Below, piece after piece: positions 48,721 to 58,977 of a stretch of DNA of 64,000 nucleotides. Both the position numbers and the translations under genes were made by a program. Source of the stretch: an uncultured Burkholderiales bacterium (GTDB lineage: Bacteria > Pseudomonadota > Gammaproteobacteria > Burkholderiales > Burkholderiaceae_C); assembly GCA_903861115.1 (NCBI GenBank), contig CAIOTD010000169.1:669-64668 (forward strand). Reading direction: 5' to 3'. Numbering within the stretch: position 1 is the stretch's first letter; every line of letters begins with the position of its first letter. Under the pieces are notes generated by a model that had not been told where the DNA came from, ran no database searches, and worked only from the letters and a program-made list of their open reading frames with translations.

Positions 48721-49233
48721 ATGAAGAACTCCGCCATGAACAACAAAGACCACCGTGCGCCATCGGATTTGGCAATCAGTGAGAACGCAGCCTCACACCT
48801 GAGTGTCAAAACATGGATCAGACTTTATGCGTGCAGCAATCTCATTGAGCATCGAATTCAACAAAAACTTCGCAGCCAATTTGGTATCACTTTGGCTCGG
48901 TTCGACTTTTTGGCTCAATTGGTTCGCTCGACCAATGGCATGAAGATGAATGTTTTATCAAAAAAACTGATGGTCAGCGGTGGGAACGTTACAGGACTCA
49001 CCGATCAATTGGTCAAAGAAGAACTGGTGCTCAGACAAGACGATCCCAATGATAGGAGATCCTATGTTCTGATCTGCACTGAAAAAGGAAGACGCGAATT
49101 TGCAGTGATGGCCAAAGCACACGAGTCATGGATCGGTGAAATCCTGGGTGATTTGGACACTTCTGAGCTCAAACATTTGCACGCATCTTTGGATCACCTG
49201 CGAAATTTACTCATTGACGCCAACACCCATTAA
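48721..49233 (+). CDS. MarR-family transcriptional regulator
   Basis: 170 aa. Winged-helix core [58 protein letters not shown]. Confidence 0.85.
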   Translation: MKNSAMNNKDHRAPSDLAISENAASHLSVKTWIRLYACSNLIEHRIQQKLRSQFGITLARFDFLAQLVRSTNGMKMNVLSKKLMVSGGNVTGLTDQLVKEELVLRQDDPNDRRSYVLICTEKGRREFAVMAKAHESWIGEILGDLDTSELKHLHASLDHLRNLLIDANTH

Positions 49234-49258
49234 AGCCCTTTCAAATTATCAACCCACC

Positions 49259-50443
49259 ATGATCAACACCATGCTCGACAGCGCGCAATTAGAGCTCCCC
49301 TTCTTTGACACTGCACACATTGAATTGTCAAAACAATTACACGCGTGGTCACAAACACACCTCAAGCACATCGACCACCAAGATGTGGATGCGCAATGCG
49401 TGTCCCTTGTCAGGCAACTTGGAAGAGATGGCTGGCTCAAATTTTGCGTTGCCGGTCAAGAAAATGGTGGGCTTCATGCGCAAATCGACAATCGCTCGAT
49501 TTGTTTGATCCGAGAAATTTTGGCAAAGCACAGCGGTTTGGCTGATTTTGCATTTGCAATGCAAGGACTGGGCTCTGGCGCCATTTCCATCGCTGGCAGC
49601 AAAGAACAAAAAGAGCAATATCTAAGTAGCGTTGCTAAGGGAGAAGCCTTGGCTGCATTCGCATTGTCTGAGCCCAACGCTGGATCAGATGTTGCAGCAC
49701 TCAGTTGTGAAGCGCAACTTGTGGGGGATCATTACATTCTCAATGGTGAAAAAACATGGATCTCTAATGGTGGAATTGCAGACTTTTATGTGGTGTTTGC
49801 AAGAACTGGCGAGGCACCGGGTTCCAGAGGTATCTCGGCCTTCATCGTCGACGCCAATACACCAGGATTTGACATTGCAGAACGCATACAAGTCATTGCT
49901 CCCCACCCTTTGGCAAGAATCAAATTCACAAACTGCGCAGTGCCGGCAAATAAACGCATTGGAAGCTCGGGTGAAGGCTTCAAAATTGCAATGCGTACCC
50001 TTGATATTTTTAGGACCTCTGTTGCTGCTGCGGCCTTGGGTTTTGCCAAACGAGCCTTCCATGAAGCAATTGAAAGAGCCAATACCAGAAAGATGTTCAA
50101 TGGCGTACTGGCAGATTTTCAACTCACTCAAGCGAGATTGGCTGAAATGGCCACACGCATCGAAAGTGCTGAGTTACTGACCTACAAGGCCGCCTGGCTC
50201 AAGGACCAAGGCAAGAATGTGACCAAAGAAGCCGCCATGGCAAAAATGACTTCCACAGAAAACGCTCAATGGGTGATTGACGCTGCGGTGCAAATGTTTG
50301 GCGGTATGGGCGTTGTGAGCAACCACCCTGTTGAATCCTTGTACAGAGAAATCAGAGCACTTCGTATTTATGAAGGTGCGACTGAAGTTCAATTGCTGAT
50401 CATTGCAAAGTCTGTGCTTGAAAACCATAGGCAAGCCCAATGA
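49259..50443 (+). CDS. Acyl-CoA dehydrogenase
   Basis: The track ORF starts at 49136 and overlaps marR, so ATG 49259 is more likely. ACAD motifs [14 protein letters not shown] and [14 protein letters not shown]. Confidence 0.9.
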   Translation: MINTMLDSAQLELPFFDTAHIELSKQLHAWSQTHLKHIDHQDVDAQCVSLVRQLGRDGWLKFCVAGQENGGLHAQIDNRSICLIREILAKHSGLADFAFAMQGLGSGAISIAGSKEQKEQYLSSVAKGEALAAFALSEPNAGSDVAALSCEAQLVGDHYILNGEKTWISNGGIADFYVVFARTGEAPGSRGISAFIVDANTPGFDIAERIQVIAPHPLARIKFTNCAVPANKRIGSSGEGFKIAMRTLDIFRTSVAAAALGFAKRAFHEAIERANTRKMFNGVLADFQLTQARLAEMATRIESAELLTYKAAWLKDQGKNVTKEAAMAKMTSTENAQWVIDAAVQMFGGMGVVSNHPVESLYREIRALRIYEGATEVQLLIIAKSVLENHRQAQ

Positions 50444-50491
50444 GCTTCCAAGTCGCACATTAGAAATACCCTCAAACAAGAGTTCAATCCT

Positions 50492-52117
50492 ATGAAAACG
50501 GCTCACCTAGATACATTTGTTCACGACAACGTGCCCCCTATAGAGCTTCAACCAGAGTTTATTTTTGAACTGCCTGAGCTTGAATTCCCATCAGAGATGA
50601 ACTGTGCAGTTGAGCTTTTGGACCAAGCCATCAGCAAAGGATTTGGCGAACGCATTTGCATACAATGTGATCGCTTGACATGGACATACCAAGATCTTTT
50701 AGACCAAGCCAATCAAATGGCGAACGTCTTGAAAAATGAACTTCACTTGACTGCCGGAAACCGAGTGTTATTGCGCTCAGCCAACACACCAGAAATGGTC
50801 GCTGCTTGGTTTGCTGTGGTCAAAGCAGGTGGGATTGCTGTGGCCACCATGCCCTTGTTAAGATCCCTCGAGCTCAAACAAATCATCGACAAGGCACAAG
50901 TGAGCCATGCCATATGTGATCACGCATTGAAGGATGAATTGCTCAACGCCCAAAAAGAGTGCGAATCAAAGAGCCTCGTGCACGTGAGCTTTTTCAACGC
51001 TCAAGACAGCCATCAAGACGGTTTGCATCATTTAGATTTGGCGGCAAAGTCAGCATCAAAAGCATTTGAGAACTTTGCCTCCCTCGCAACCGATTGCTGC
51101 ATCTTGGCCTTTACCTCTGGGACAACAGGCGTACCCAAAGCCACCATTCACTCACACCGCGATGTGATGTCGATTTGCACCTGTTGGCCTCATTACGTCT
51201 TGAAACCTCAAGCCTCAGATGTATTCATAGGAAGCCCTCCTATCGCATTCACATTTGGGCTGGGCGGTTTGATTCTGTTTCCCATGCGATTTGGTGCCAG
51301 TGTGGCTCTGTTGGAGAAAGCTTCCCCCAAAGACTTGCTGAAGGGCATCAAAAAGTACAAGGCGACGGTGCTATTCACGGCCCCAACTTCTTACAGACAG
51401 TTGGCACTCGAGGGACTGATCGACAAGGGCAGCAGTCTTAGGAAATGTGTCTCTGCGGGTGAAGCGCTTCCTGGCCCGACAAGAACCCTTTGGAAAGAGG
51501 CCACTGGTATTGAAATCATTGATGGGATCGGTACAACAGAGATGCTGCACATTTTCATCTCAGCCAATGAAGACGAAGCACTGCCTGGTGCAACGGGCAA
51601 GATCGTCAAAGGTTACAGGGCCTGCATTCTTGATGATGAAGGCAAGGAACTGCCTGCCGGTGAAATTGGCCACCTCGCAGTCAAAGGCCCAACGGGTTGC
51701 CGGTATTTGAGCGATGACAGGCAGGCCAAATACATTAAAAATGGCTGGAATGTCACGGGAGACGCCTACCTCATGGATGAAAATGGCTATTTCCACTATC
51801 AATCACGCACCGATGACATGATCATATCGTCTGGATACAATATCGCAGGCCCAGAAATAGAAACCTGCATCTTGACCCATCCTAGTGTGGGTGAGTGTGC
51901 TGTTGTTGGGGAGCCCGATGATGCCAGAGGCGCCATCGTCAAGGCCTTTGTTGTTCTAAAGGCCGGCGTCAGTCCCGATGCGTCGATCACGAAGTCAATC
52001 CAAGACCACGTCAAAGCACAACTCGCACCTTACAAATATCCCAGAAAAATTGAATTTGTTCAAAGTCTACCTCGAACAGAAACAGGAAAAATTCAACGAT
52101 TTAAGTTAAGACAATGA
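50492..52117 (+). CDS. AMP-forming aryl-CoA ligase (2-aminobenzoate/benzoate-CoA ligase family)
   Basis: 541 aa. FTSGTTGVPKA, GTTE and GDAY motifs, plus the C-terminal PRTETGKIQRFKLR. Confidence 0.9.
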   Translation: MKTAHLDTFVHDNVPPIELQPEFIFELPELEFPSEMNCAVELLDQAISKGFGERICIQCDRLTWTYQDLLDQANQMANVLKNELHLTAGNRVLLRSANTPEMVAAWFAVVKAGGIAVATMPLLRSLELKQIIDKAQVSHAICDHALKDELLNAQKECESKSLVHVSFFNAQDSHQDGLHHLDLAAKSASKAFENFASLATDCCILAFTSGTTGVPKATIHSHRDVMSICTCWPHYVLKPQASDVFIGSPPIAFTFGLGGLILFPMRFGASVALLEKASPKDLLKGIKKYKATVLFTAPTSYRQLALEGLIDKGSSLRKCVSAGEALPGPTRTLWKEATGIEIIDGIGTTEMLHIFISANEDEALPGATGKIVKGYRACILDDEGKELPAGEIGHLAVKGPTGCRYLSDDRQAKYIKNGWNVTGDAYLMDENGYFHYQSRTDDMIISSGYNIAGPEIETCILTHPSVGECAVVGEPDDARGAIVKAFVVLKAGVSPDASITKSIQDHVKAQLAPYKYPRKIEFVQSLPRTETGKIQRFKLRQ

Positions 52118-52551
52118 AATTTATCAATCCAAAACTCGTTCGATTTCACCATTGCGACTCGGCTGGCATTGTTTTCTATCCACAATACTACTACTTGCTT
52201 CATGAAACTCAAGAAGACTTTTTGTCGCACATTGGATTCTCTTTGTACGACATGATTGACCAAGGCATTGGTGTACCCATCGTGGATATGAAAACACAAT
52301 TTTGCGGCATGTGTCGCCAAGGTGACGAGATAGAAATTGAATTATCTCTTTCAAAAATTGGCGGCTCCAGCATCGCCATGGAGTATGAAATTTTTGGGAA
52401 AAATAAACAGAAAAACATTGATCGGGAACTTAAATTAAAAGCCACTGGCACCATCGTATACATTGACATCGAGCACAATCGCCCGCAAAAAATTCCCGAT
52501 GACTTAAGATTGGCTCTTGCACCCTATTTAGAAAAGCCTCACCATGCATAA
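52114..52551 (+). CDS. Hot-dog-fold acyl-CoA thioesterase (4HBT/YbgC type)
   Basis: 145 aa. VRFHHCDSAGIVFYPQYYYLLHE is typical of the 4HBT N-terminus. The start overlaps the ligase stop (ATGA). Confidence 0.8.
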   Translation: MKFINPKLVRFHHCDSAGIVFYPQYYYLLHETQEDFLSHIGFSLYDMIDQGIGVPIVDMKTQFCGMCRQGDEIEIELSLSKIGGSSIAMEYEIFGKNKQKNIDRELKLKATGTIVYIDIEHNRPQKIPDDLRLALAPYLEKPHHA

Positions 52552-52933
52552 AAAAATCAATCCACCCAACTGGGCTCAACCGAGGGGCTATTCAAATGCC
52601 ATTCTTGCCAGCGGATCAATTTTGTTTTTAGGGGGACAAATTGGATGGAATCACAACAATGAGTTTGAAAGCGACGATTTCATTGATCAAGCCAAACAAA
52701 CGCTTCTAAATATCAGTGCACTCTTGAAAGAAGCGGGAGCGCAGCCTGAGCACATGACACGCATGACTTGGTACATCATCAACAAAGACGAGTACAACTC
52801 ACGACTCAAAGAGTTGGGTGTGGTTTATAGAGAGGTCATGGGGAAAAATTTCCCAGTGATGACCTGCGTTGAAGTCTCTGGGCTGGTGGAGTCGAGGGCA
52901 AAAATTGAAATCGAGGTCACCGCTGTCATTTAA
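52544..52933 (+). CDS. ridA: RidA/YjgF-family enamine/imine deaminase
   Basis: 129 aa. Core GSILFLGGQIG...ARMTWYI... and a C-terminal IEIEVTAVI-type ending. Overlaps the upstream gene by 8 nt. Confidence 0.85.
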   Translation: MHKKINPPNWAQPRGYSNAILASGSILFLGGQIGWNHNNEFESDDFIDQAKQTLLNISALLKEAGAQPEHMTRMTWYIINKDEYNSRLKELGVVYREVMGKNFPVMTCVEVSGLVESRAKIEIEVTAVI

Positions 52934-52975
52934 AACTGAAAGGCTCAATAAAGCTGGCGCCAATGACTCGATTCA

Positions 52976-53857
52976 CTAAAACTTAAAGAAGAAAACCACG
53001 CCACTCCAAATGCCAATATTGCAAAGAACAATGGCAAATGCAATTTTTTTAGCAAATTCATAGCCACCCGAGTGATATGCCAGGAAGACCTTGAACAACG
53101 AATTGCTAGAAAATGCGAGTAAAACCGCTAGCTTTGCATCAAGAATTTCTATATTTTGCGTTTTAAGCATGTTGGCGACCCCAGCGATAATCGCGTGAGC
53201 ATCTGCTATGCCTGAAAAAACAGCGCCAACCAGCAAAGCGGAAGATCCAAAGGTTTTGTTCAATCCAGTTGAAATGACAGTCACGAATAAAAGTAACAAT
53301 GCCAAATAAAAGGTTGATGCCCAATTGAAGGGGTAATTCGTCACCATCGATTCACTTCGAATATCGCGTCGCCCCAATGCATAAATCACAGCGGCCGACA
53401 AAAAAAGCATCAAGATGCCCAAAAAAGCTGGCAGCATCAAAACCTCAAACAACTCTTTTTCGAGTAAATGCGTCAAAATGAGAACTTGCACGAGCGTTGC
53501 AACGTTTGAAAGCACTGCGCCAATGGATGCAAAATTTAGCAATCCCGAGTCATTTTTATTCATTACGCCAAAATTATGAATGGTCGCAGTACTTGAAAAA
53601 AATCCACCCAAAAAACCTGCAATCATCAGACCAAAACGCGAATCTAAAACAGAGTTAAGCAAGGATGCAAAAAAAGAGATCGACAAGGCCGTAAAAATGA
53701 ATTCAGAGATGTCGTGCGGATTGACCGCTTGGTAGGGGCCCATATCCACATCGGGTAAAGAAAGCCAACCCACGCCGCACAAAAACAAAATTGCGACTTG
53801 TTGGACATAGGGCTTAATTTGTACTTTCAACCGCCTTGCGCTCGAGTTGACTGACAA
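52976..53857 (-). CDS. DUF4010-like integral membrane protein
   Basis: 293 aa, polytopic. FLGGFFSSTATI resembles the GGLVSSTA hallmark of DUF4010. The start is uncertain: TTG 53857 overlaps the end of iorB, and TTG 53830 is an alternative. Confidence 0.5.
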   Translation of the reverse strand: MSVNSSARRLKVQIKPYVQQVAILFLCGVGWLSLPDVDMGPYQAVNPHDISEFIFTALSISFFASLLNSVLDSRFGLMIAGFLGGFFSSTATIHNFGVMNKNDSGLLNFASIGAVLSNVATLVQVLILTHLLEKELFEVLMLPAFLGILMLFLSAAVIYALGRRDIRSESMVTNYPFNWASTFYLALLLLFVTVISTGLNKTFGSSALLVGAVFSGIADAHAIIAGVANMLKTQNIEILDAKLAVLLAFSSNSLFKVFLAYHSGGYEFAKKIAFAIVLCNIGIWSGVVFFFKF

Positions 53858-55346
53858 CTTTATTTAAAGCCACGCCTTTTTCATCATCCAAAGCAGCCAT
53901 GCGGAGAGCTTTAACTTCCGCAGCAGAGATGTCCGTTTTGCTTTTCACAAGCGCATAAATTAAACTGAAATTTTTAACCCCTCTCTCGTGTGTGTCACCA
54001 TAACCCTTGACCAAGGTTTGACACTTAATCCATTCCAGAGTTTTTGCGGTATCCGTTTGACTAAAAGACTCTACAAGGCCAAGCCACTGCTCAATCATCG
54101 AGTTTTCCGACTTGAATCTCAGTGTAGTTCGCCTCCAGTGTTTTGCACTTGCCACCAAGCTCAGCAATAAAAAACCTCGAACACTCGAGGTCTGAATCAC
54201 CCGCCCTTTTGAAGTCATTGCACCAAGCGTCGCGCTCAGTATCTTTGACGACAATATCATTCGACCCAAAACGGATGGCAAAGTTTCAGCGATCTCTTGC
54301 ACCCTTGGATGCATATACTCATTGATCACAACCAATTGACCACTTTGAACTTGCGCTTCTTGGCGGACTCGATCAAAACGAGACGCCTGTATTTTTAAAC
54401 CTGCAACCCTTGCAGTGTCTTCATACGTCATCCAAAGTGCCAAGTGTCTTGCCGCCTCAGAAACCAATAACCAATCTTGTGGATTAAAAGAATTTTTTAA
54501 TCCGTGCAAGCGATCCAAATACAAATGGGCATAATCGGGATCTTGATAATCGACCAAGCGTCGCACACCATGCAACAAGATTTCATGCGATTGCACTGGA
54601 AAGGCGTGTTCGATTCTCTCAATTAAACTTTTGATCTTTGGATGCAAGTTCGTCAAAGAGGGCAACTTGAATGTGTTCTCCTTTGCCTCGCTTAAATTGT
54701 CTGAAACGTTTTCATGTGCGTTTTGACTCAATCCATACGACTGCGAAAAAGCTTTAAGACTTTGGACAACACCCACTCCACCGTGTCGAATGGTCTCTTC
54801 AAATTGTTCTTTTGTAAAGGGAAGTGCTTTTGAAGCTGCGAGTGAACCAAACAGTACAGCGCTGATCACACTTTGACTCTCTTGTGCGACCTTTGCCATG
54901 TCAAAACCAATGAACCGTTTGGCCACCTTTGAGGCTTCATCTAAAAGTTGCTGAGCGTCAACACGACCATCTCCCATGTGTGACTTTTCACTCATTGCAT
55001 ATACTCGGTGTGTAGAGGCAATGAGTGTTGTTCTTTTGGGTGTGACCAGGCCGCGCACAACTGCTCTTCCAGCTTCCATCAACTCAGAGGCCAACACAAT
55101 ATCCACGTCACCAGGCATGGGCATCAAGGACAAAACAGGCAATTGGTTTTGGCTTGCAGTTTGTTTTTGATCAAAGAGCTCGACATAATAAATCGTTGCG
55201 CCCGTTCTTTGAGCAACACCAGGCACAGAAGTGGTTTGCGCAACAAAGCCATTCGATTCACCCAATTGAACAATCCAATCGGCCAGCACGCCGCCACCTT
55301 CTCCGCCCATGGCCAAAATGGCAATTTTATAGGGTTGCATATTCAT
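53814..55346 (-). CDS. iorB: Indolepyruvate (aryl-pyruvate) oxidoreductase subunit beta family
   Basis: 510 aa. N-terminus IAILAMGGEGGGVLADWIVQLGESNGFVAQTTSVPGVAQRTGATIYYVE is characteristic of proteobacterial IorB. Confidence 0.9.
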   Translation of the reverse strand: MNMQPYKIAILAMGGEGGGVLADWIVQLGESNGFVAQTTSVPGVAQRTGATIYYVELFDQKQTASQNQLPVLSLMPMPGDVDIVLASELMEAGRAVVRGLVTPKRTTLIASTHRVYAMSEKSHMGDGRVDAQQLLDEASKVAKRFIGFDMAKVAQESQSVISAVLFGSLAASKALPFTKEQFEETIRHGGVGVVQSLKAFSQSYGLSQNAHENVSDNLSEAKENTFKLPSLTNLHPKIKSLIERIEHAFPVQSHEILLHGVRRLVDYQDPDYAHLYLDRLHGLKNSFNPQDWLLVSEAARHLALWMTYEDTARVAGLKIQASRFDRVRQEAQVQSGQLVVINEYMHPRVQEIAETLPSVLGRMILSSKILSATLGAMTSKGRVIQTSSVRGFLLLSLVASAKHWRRTTLRFKSENSMIEQWLGLVESFSQTDTAKTLEWIKCQTLVKGYGDTHERGVKNFSLIYALVKSKTDISAAEVKALRMAALDDEKGVALNKVVSQLERKAVESTN

Positions 55347-55352
55347 CTGTTT

Positions 55353-57491
55353 TTAAAAATGGTAAACCATTTGGCGTTTGATCATTTTTTCTTGCAATTT
55401 TTCAATGACCCAACGGCGCAACGAGTTCATCCACCGATCCAAGCGCGAGGGGTTGGAGATGATTTGGGCCTTGTAAAAGGATGGGCACAGCACGGCGGCG
55501 TGAGAGGCTTCACCACACACGCCACACCCCACACAACTGTCCAGAACGGTTGCAACGGGCTCAAGACGCAAAGGATCGGGGTTTTCTTTGATCGACAAGG
55601 AGGGGCAGCCTGAGATTCTGATACACGAATGGTCCCCAGTGCAGGTATCGTGATCCACGCCAAATTTCTCACGAACGACACGCTCTCCTCTTTTGACTGC
55701 GGACTTGATCAAAGGTTTTTCACGCCTTTGCTTGTTGAGCATGCACTCAGATTGTGCAATCAATACTTTGGGGCCTCGCTCCTTGGTGGTCAAGGCATCC
55801 TTTAGCAGCTGCTTCATGGTCGCAATGTCATAGGTCCTGTGCACCGTTCTGACCCACTGCACGCCAACCCCTTTGACGGCCTTTTCAATTTGGTGACCGG
55901 TGCTGCGATTTGTATTCAGTGCCTTGGATGAAAGCACATCTTGACCACCCGTGGCAGAGGTGTAACTGTTGTCAACCACAACTGTTAAATTGTCACTTTT
56001 GTTGAACACAGCGTTTGCGATGCCTGATGTTAGACCGTTGTGCCAAAAGCCCCCATCTCCCATGATGGAAATCGCTCGTTTGTTCGACGCGACATTCAAG
56101 GCCGCGGAGCCTGCAGCACCCAAGCCGTAACCCATCGTTGTATTGCCCAAATTAAAAGGCGGCAAGATGGAGAACAAGTGACATCCGATATCTGCACTGA
56201 TGTGGTGTTCGCCTATTTCCCGCTCCAATAACTTCATGGCCGTGAAAATGGGCCTCTCTGGACACCCTGTACAAAACCCTGGGGGACGTGCATGAACGAG
56301 TGGAACGATCGCAGAAGAAGGCAATCCGTCATCAACTTGGTCGGCATTGAATGGAACACAGTTTTTCTCTTGAGATGTGAGGAAGCTCTGCAGCCCCTTA
56401 AAGACCACTGAGTTGGTGTATTCGCCGGCCATGGGAAGAAAGTCTTTGCCATGAAGGACTGTTGATGACTTGGATTGACGCAAAATCATGCTCAAATTTT
56501 GCTCAATGAAATTGGGCTGTCCCTCTTCAACCATCAACACAGCTTTTTTACCTTTGCAAAAGCGAACAATTTCATCGTCCACCAAAGGGTAGGTCACATT
56601 CATCACATAGAGTGGGATTTTTGTCTGGCCATAAATGTCGGCCAAGCCAAGACGCTCAAGTGCTCTGACCATGGTGTTGTAAAGTCCACCTTGAACAATG
56701 ATGCCAATATCGTCAGCCTCTTCAGAGAAAAACTCGTTGAGCCCCTTGTCCTGAATAAATTTCACAGCTTGAGGCCAACGGTCTTTGATTTTTTCTTGTT
56801 CATGCAAGTAGGATGCTGGCGGCAGAACAATTCGGCTCACGTCCCTTTGCGGTGACTCCATGGCCTCACGCAAAGTGAACTTTGCACGCTGATTGTCTTT
56901 GGCGGTGAAAAAACCATGCACATGACACGCTCGGATTCGAAGCTCAAGCATGACCGGTGTTGAGCTGGCCTCTGACAACTCAAAACCCATCTTGACCGCA
57001 TTGACCATGCTGGGCAAATTGGGGCGCGGATCTAACAGCCAAATTTGTGACTTCATTGCAAAAGCATGGCTGCGCTCTTGCATGATGGAGGAGCCCTCAC
57101 CATAGTCTTCGCCCACAATGATCAACGCGCCCCCCTTGACGCCACCTGAGGCCAAATTGGCCAACGCATCAGAGGCAACATTGGTCCCCACGGTTGATTT
57201 GAATGTGATGGCGCCGCGAACTGGATAGTTCACGCTAGCGGCCAAGGTGGCCGCCGCCGTGGCCTCGCTTGCACTGTTTTCAAAGCGAATGCCGTGCTCT
57301 TGCAAGATGTCGTTGGCATCGGCCAAGACATCCATCAAATGAGAGATGGGTGCACCTTGGTAACCTGCCACATAAGACACGCCCGACTCCAGCAAGGCCT
57401 TGGTGACTGCCAAAATACCTTCACCACTAAAGACTTCGCCCTCTTTGAGCCTAAGTTTTTTTACCTCTTCAACAAAAGACCGCTCAGCCAT
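55353..57491 (-). CDS. iorA: Indolepyruvate ferredoxin oxidoreductase subunit alpha (ThDP + 4Fe-4S domains)
   Basis: 712 aa. ThDP motif GDGGFWHNG, and Cys clusters CTGCPERP, CTGDHSCIRISGCP and CVGCGVCGE...CP. Confidence 0.9.
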   Translation of the reverse strand: MAERSFVEEVKKLRLKEGEVFSGEGILAVTKALLESGVSYVAGYQGAPISHLMDVLADANDILQEHGIRFENSASEATAAATLAASVNYPVRGAITFKSTVGTNVASDALANLASGGVKGGALIIVGEDYGEGSSIMQERSHAFAMKSQIWLLDPRPNLPSMVNAVKMGFELSEASSTPVMLELRIRACHVHGFFTAKDNQRAKFTLREAMESPQRDVSRIVLPPASYLHEQEKIKDRWPQAVKFIQDKGLNEFFSEEADDIGIIVQGGLYNTMVRALERLGLADIYGQTKIPLYVMNVTYPLVDDEIVRFCKGKKAVLMVEEGQPNFIEQNLSMILRQSKSSTVLHGKDFLPMAGEYTNSVVFKGLQSFLTSQEKNCVPFNADQVDDGLPSSAIVPLVHARPPGFCTGCPERPIFTAMKLLEREIGEHHISADIGCHLFSILPPFNLGNTTMGYGLGAAGSAALNVASNKRAISIMGDGGFWHNGLTSGIANAVFNKSDNLTVVVDNSYTSATGGQDVLSSKALNTNRSTGHQIEKAVKGVGVQWVRTVHRTYDIATMKQLLKDALTTKERGPKVLIAQSECMLNKQRREKPLIKSAVKRGERVVREKFGVDHDTCTGDHSCIRISGCPSLSIKENPDPLRLEPVATVLDSCVGCGVCGEASHAAVLCPSFYKAQIISNPSRLDRWMNSLRRWVIEKLQEKMIKRQMVYHF

Positions 57492-57748
57492 AAATAAAAT
57501 CCAATCAAATTGATGGCCTTCGATTTAATTTTTCCAATAAAAAAGACGCCATCACAAACAATCTTAGTTGGCAAATGATATATGATGTTTACTTGATTGA
57601 AGATTCTTTTGTTTTTGAAAGTTTTCTTCGACAGTGAACCGTTCAACAAACAAACAAGCCTTCAACCAAAGGGTAAACCCTTTAATGCGACGCTTTGCAA
57701 TTTGTTAAAAATCAGCCTTGAATCATTGAGATTTTTTCAGGAGTTTTC

Positions 57749-58933
57749 ATGAAGTTTAAAAAAGTTTTAGCTGTGAGCGTTATTGGTGCATGCCAAATGT
57801 TGACACTGTCGTCGCTTCATGCGGCAGACAAAGTTAAAGTCGGCTTTGTCAGCACCTTATCAGGTCCATCGGCCGCATTGGGCGTGGACATCAGGGACGC
57901 ATTCCAGTTGGCGGTGAAACTCAATGGTGGCAAACTGGGCGGTTTACCAGCAGAAGTGATTGTCAGCGATGACCAATTCAAACCTGACGTCGCAAAAGAG
58001 CAGTTTGAGAAAATGGTCAAACGCGAGAAAGTTGATTTTTTAACTGGCGTGGTCTTCTCCAATATCATGCTCGCCGCTTTGCCTGAAACAGTTGAGAGCA
58101 ACACCTTCTATCTGAGCCCCAACGCAGCGCCCTCACCCATGGCTGGAAAGGACTGCAGTCCCAATTTCTTTGCCGTTGCATGGCCCAACGATGCTTACCA
58201 CGAAGCAGCCGGTCAATACGCAAGCAACAAGGGCTTCAAATCGGCTTACCTATTGGCGCCCAACTATCAAGCGGGTCAAGACTCCTTGGCGGGTTTCAAG
58301 CGTTATTACAAGGGCAAGGTGGTCAATGAGGTCTACACCAAGTTGGGGCAATTGGATTACGCAGCTGAATTGGCTGAGATTCGTGCAGCAAAACCCGAAA
58401 TCTTGTACACCTTCTTGCCAGGCGGCATGGGTGTGAACTTCATTAAGCAGTTCATGGCTGCCGGCCTGTCTAAAGACACAAAACTTGTCGTACCCGGATT
58501 TGGTGCAGACCAAGACATCATTCGTGGCGTCGGTGCAGACATGCTTGGCGTCTTTGATACATCACATTGGGGCTTGGATTTACCCAATGCTGCGAATAAA
58601 AAATTCGTTACCGAGTTTGAAAAAGAATACAAGCGCTTGCCCACCTTGTATGCATCACAAGGCTACGACACGGCCATGTTGATTGATGCAGCAGTCAAAG
58701 CGAGCAATGGTAACTTGAGCGACAAAGATTTGGTCAGAAAGAACCTCACAGAAGCCAAATTCGCTTCTGTGCGGGGAGACTTTAAATTCAACACCAACCA
58801 CTATCCCATTCAAAACTACTATGTCCGTGAAGTCGTGAAAGATGCGCAGGGACGATTGGTGAACAAGATCATTGGTCAGCCCATCATGACACAGCACGGT
58901 GACGCCTACGTTCAAGAATGCAAGATGAAGTGA
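57749..58933 (+). CDS. ABC transporter substrate-binding protein (Leu/Ile/Val-binding-protein family)
   Basis: 394 aa. Signal peptide MKFKKVLAVSVIGACQMLTLSSLHA. Type-I PBP core VKVGFVSTLSGPSAALG. Confidence 0.9.
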   Translation: MKFKKVLAVSVIGACQMLTLSSLHAADKVKVGFVSTLSGPSAALGVDIRDAFQLAVKLNGGKLGGLPAEVIVSDDQFKPDVAKEQFEKMVKREKVDFLTGVVFSNIMLAALPETVESNTFYLSPNAAPSPMAGKDCSPNFFAVAWPNDAYHEAAGQYASNKGFKSAYLLAPNYQAGQDSLAGFKRYYKGKVVNEVYTKLGQLDYAAELAEIRAAKPEILYTFLPGGMGVNFIKQFMAAGLSKDTKLVVPGFGADQDIIRGVGADMLGVFDTSHWGLDLPNAANKKFVTEFEKEYKRLPTLYASQGYDTAMLIDAAVKASNGNLSDKDLVRKNLTEAKFASVRGDFKFNTNHYPIQNYYVREVVKDAQGRLVNKIIGQPIMTQHGDAYVQECKMK

Positions 58934-58977
58934 TCAAGGCCCTTGCGCTTTAATCTCGCAGCCCTGCACCTCTTTCA

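Noticed and set aside
55008-55613. 201-aa plus-strand ORF spanning the iorB/iorA junction
   Set aside because: It is antisense to two genes with strong family signatures. It crosses their intergenic gap, which a real gene would be unlikely to do.
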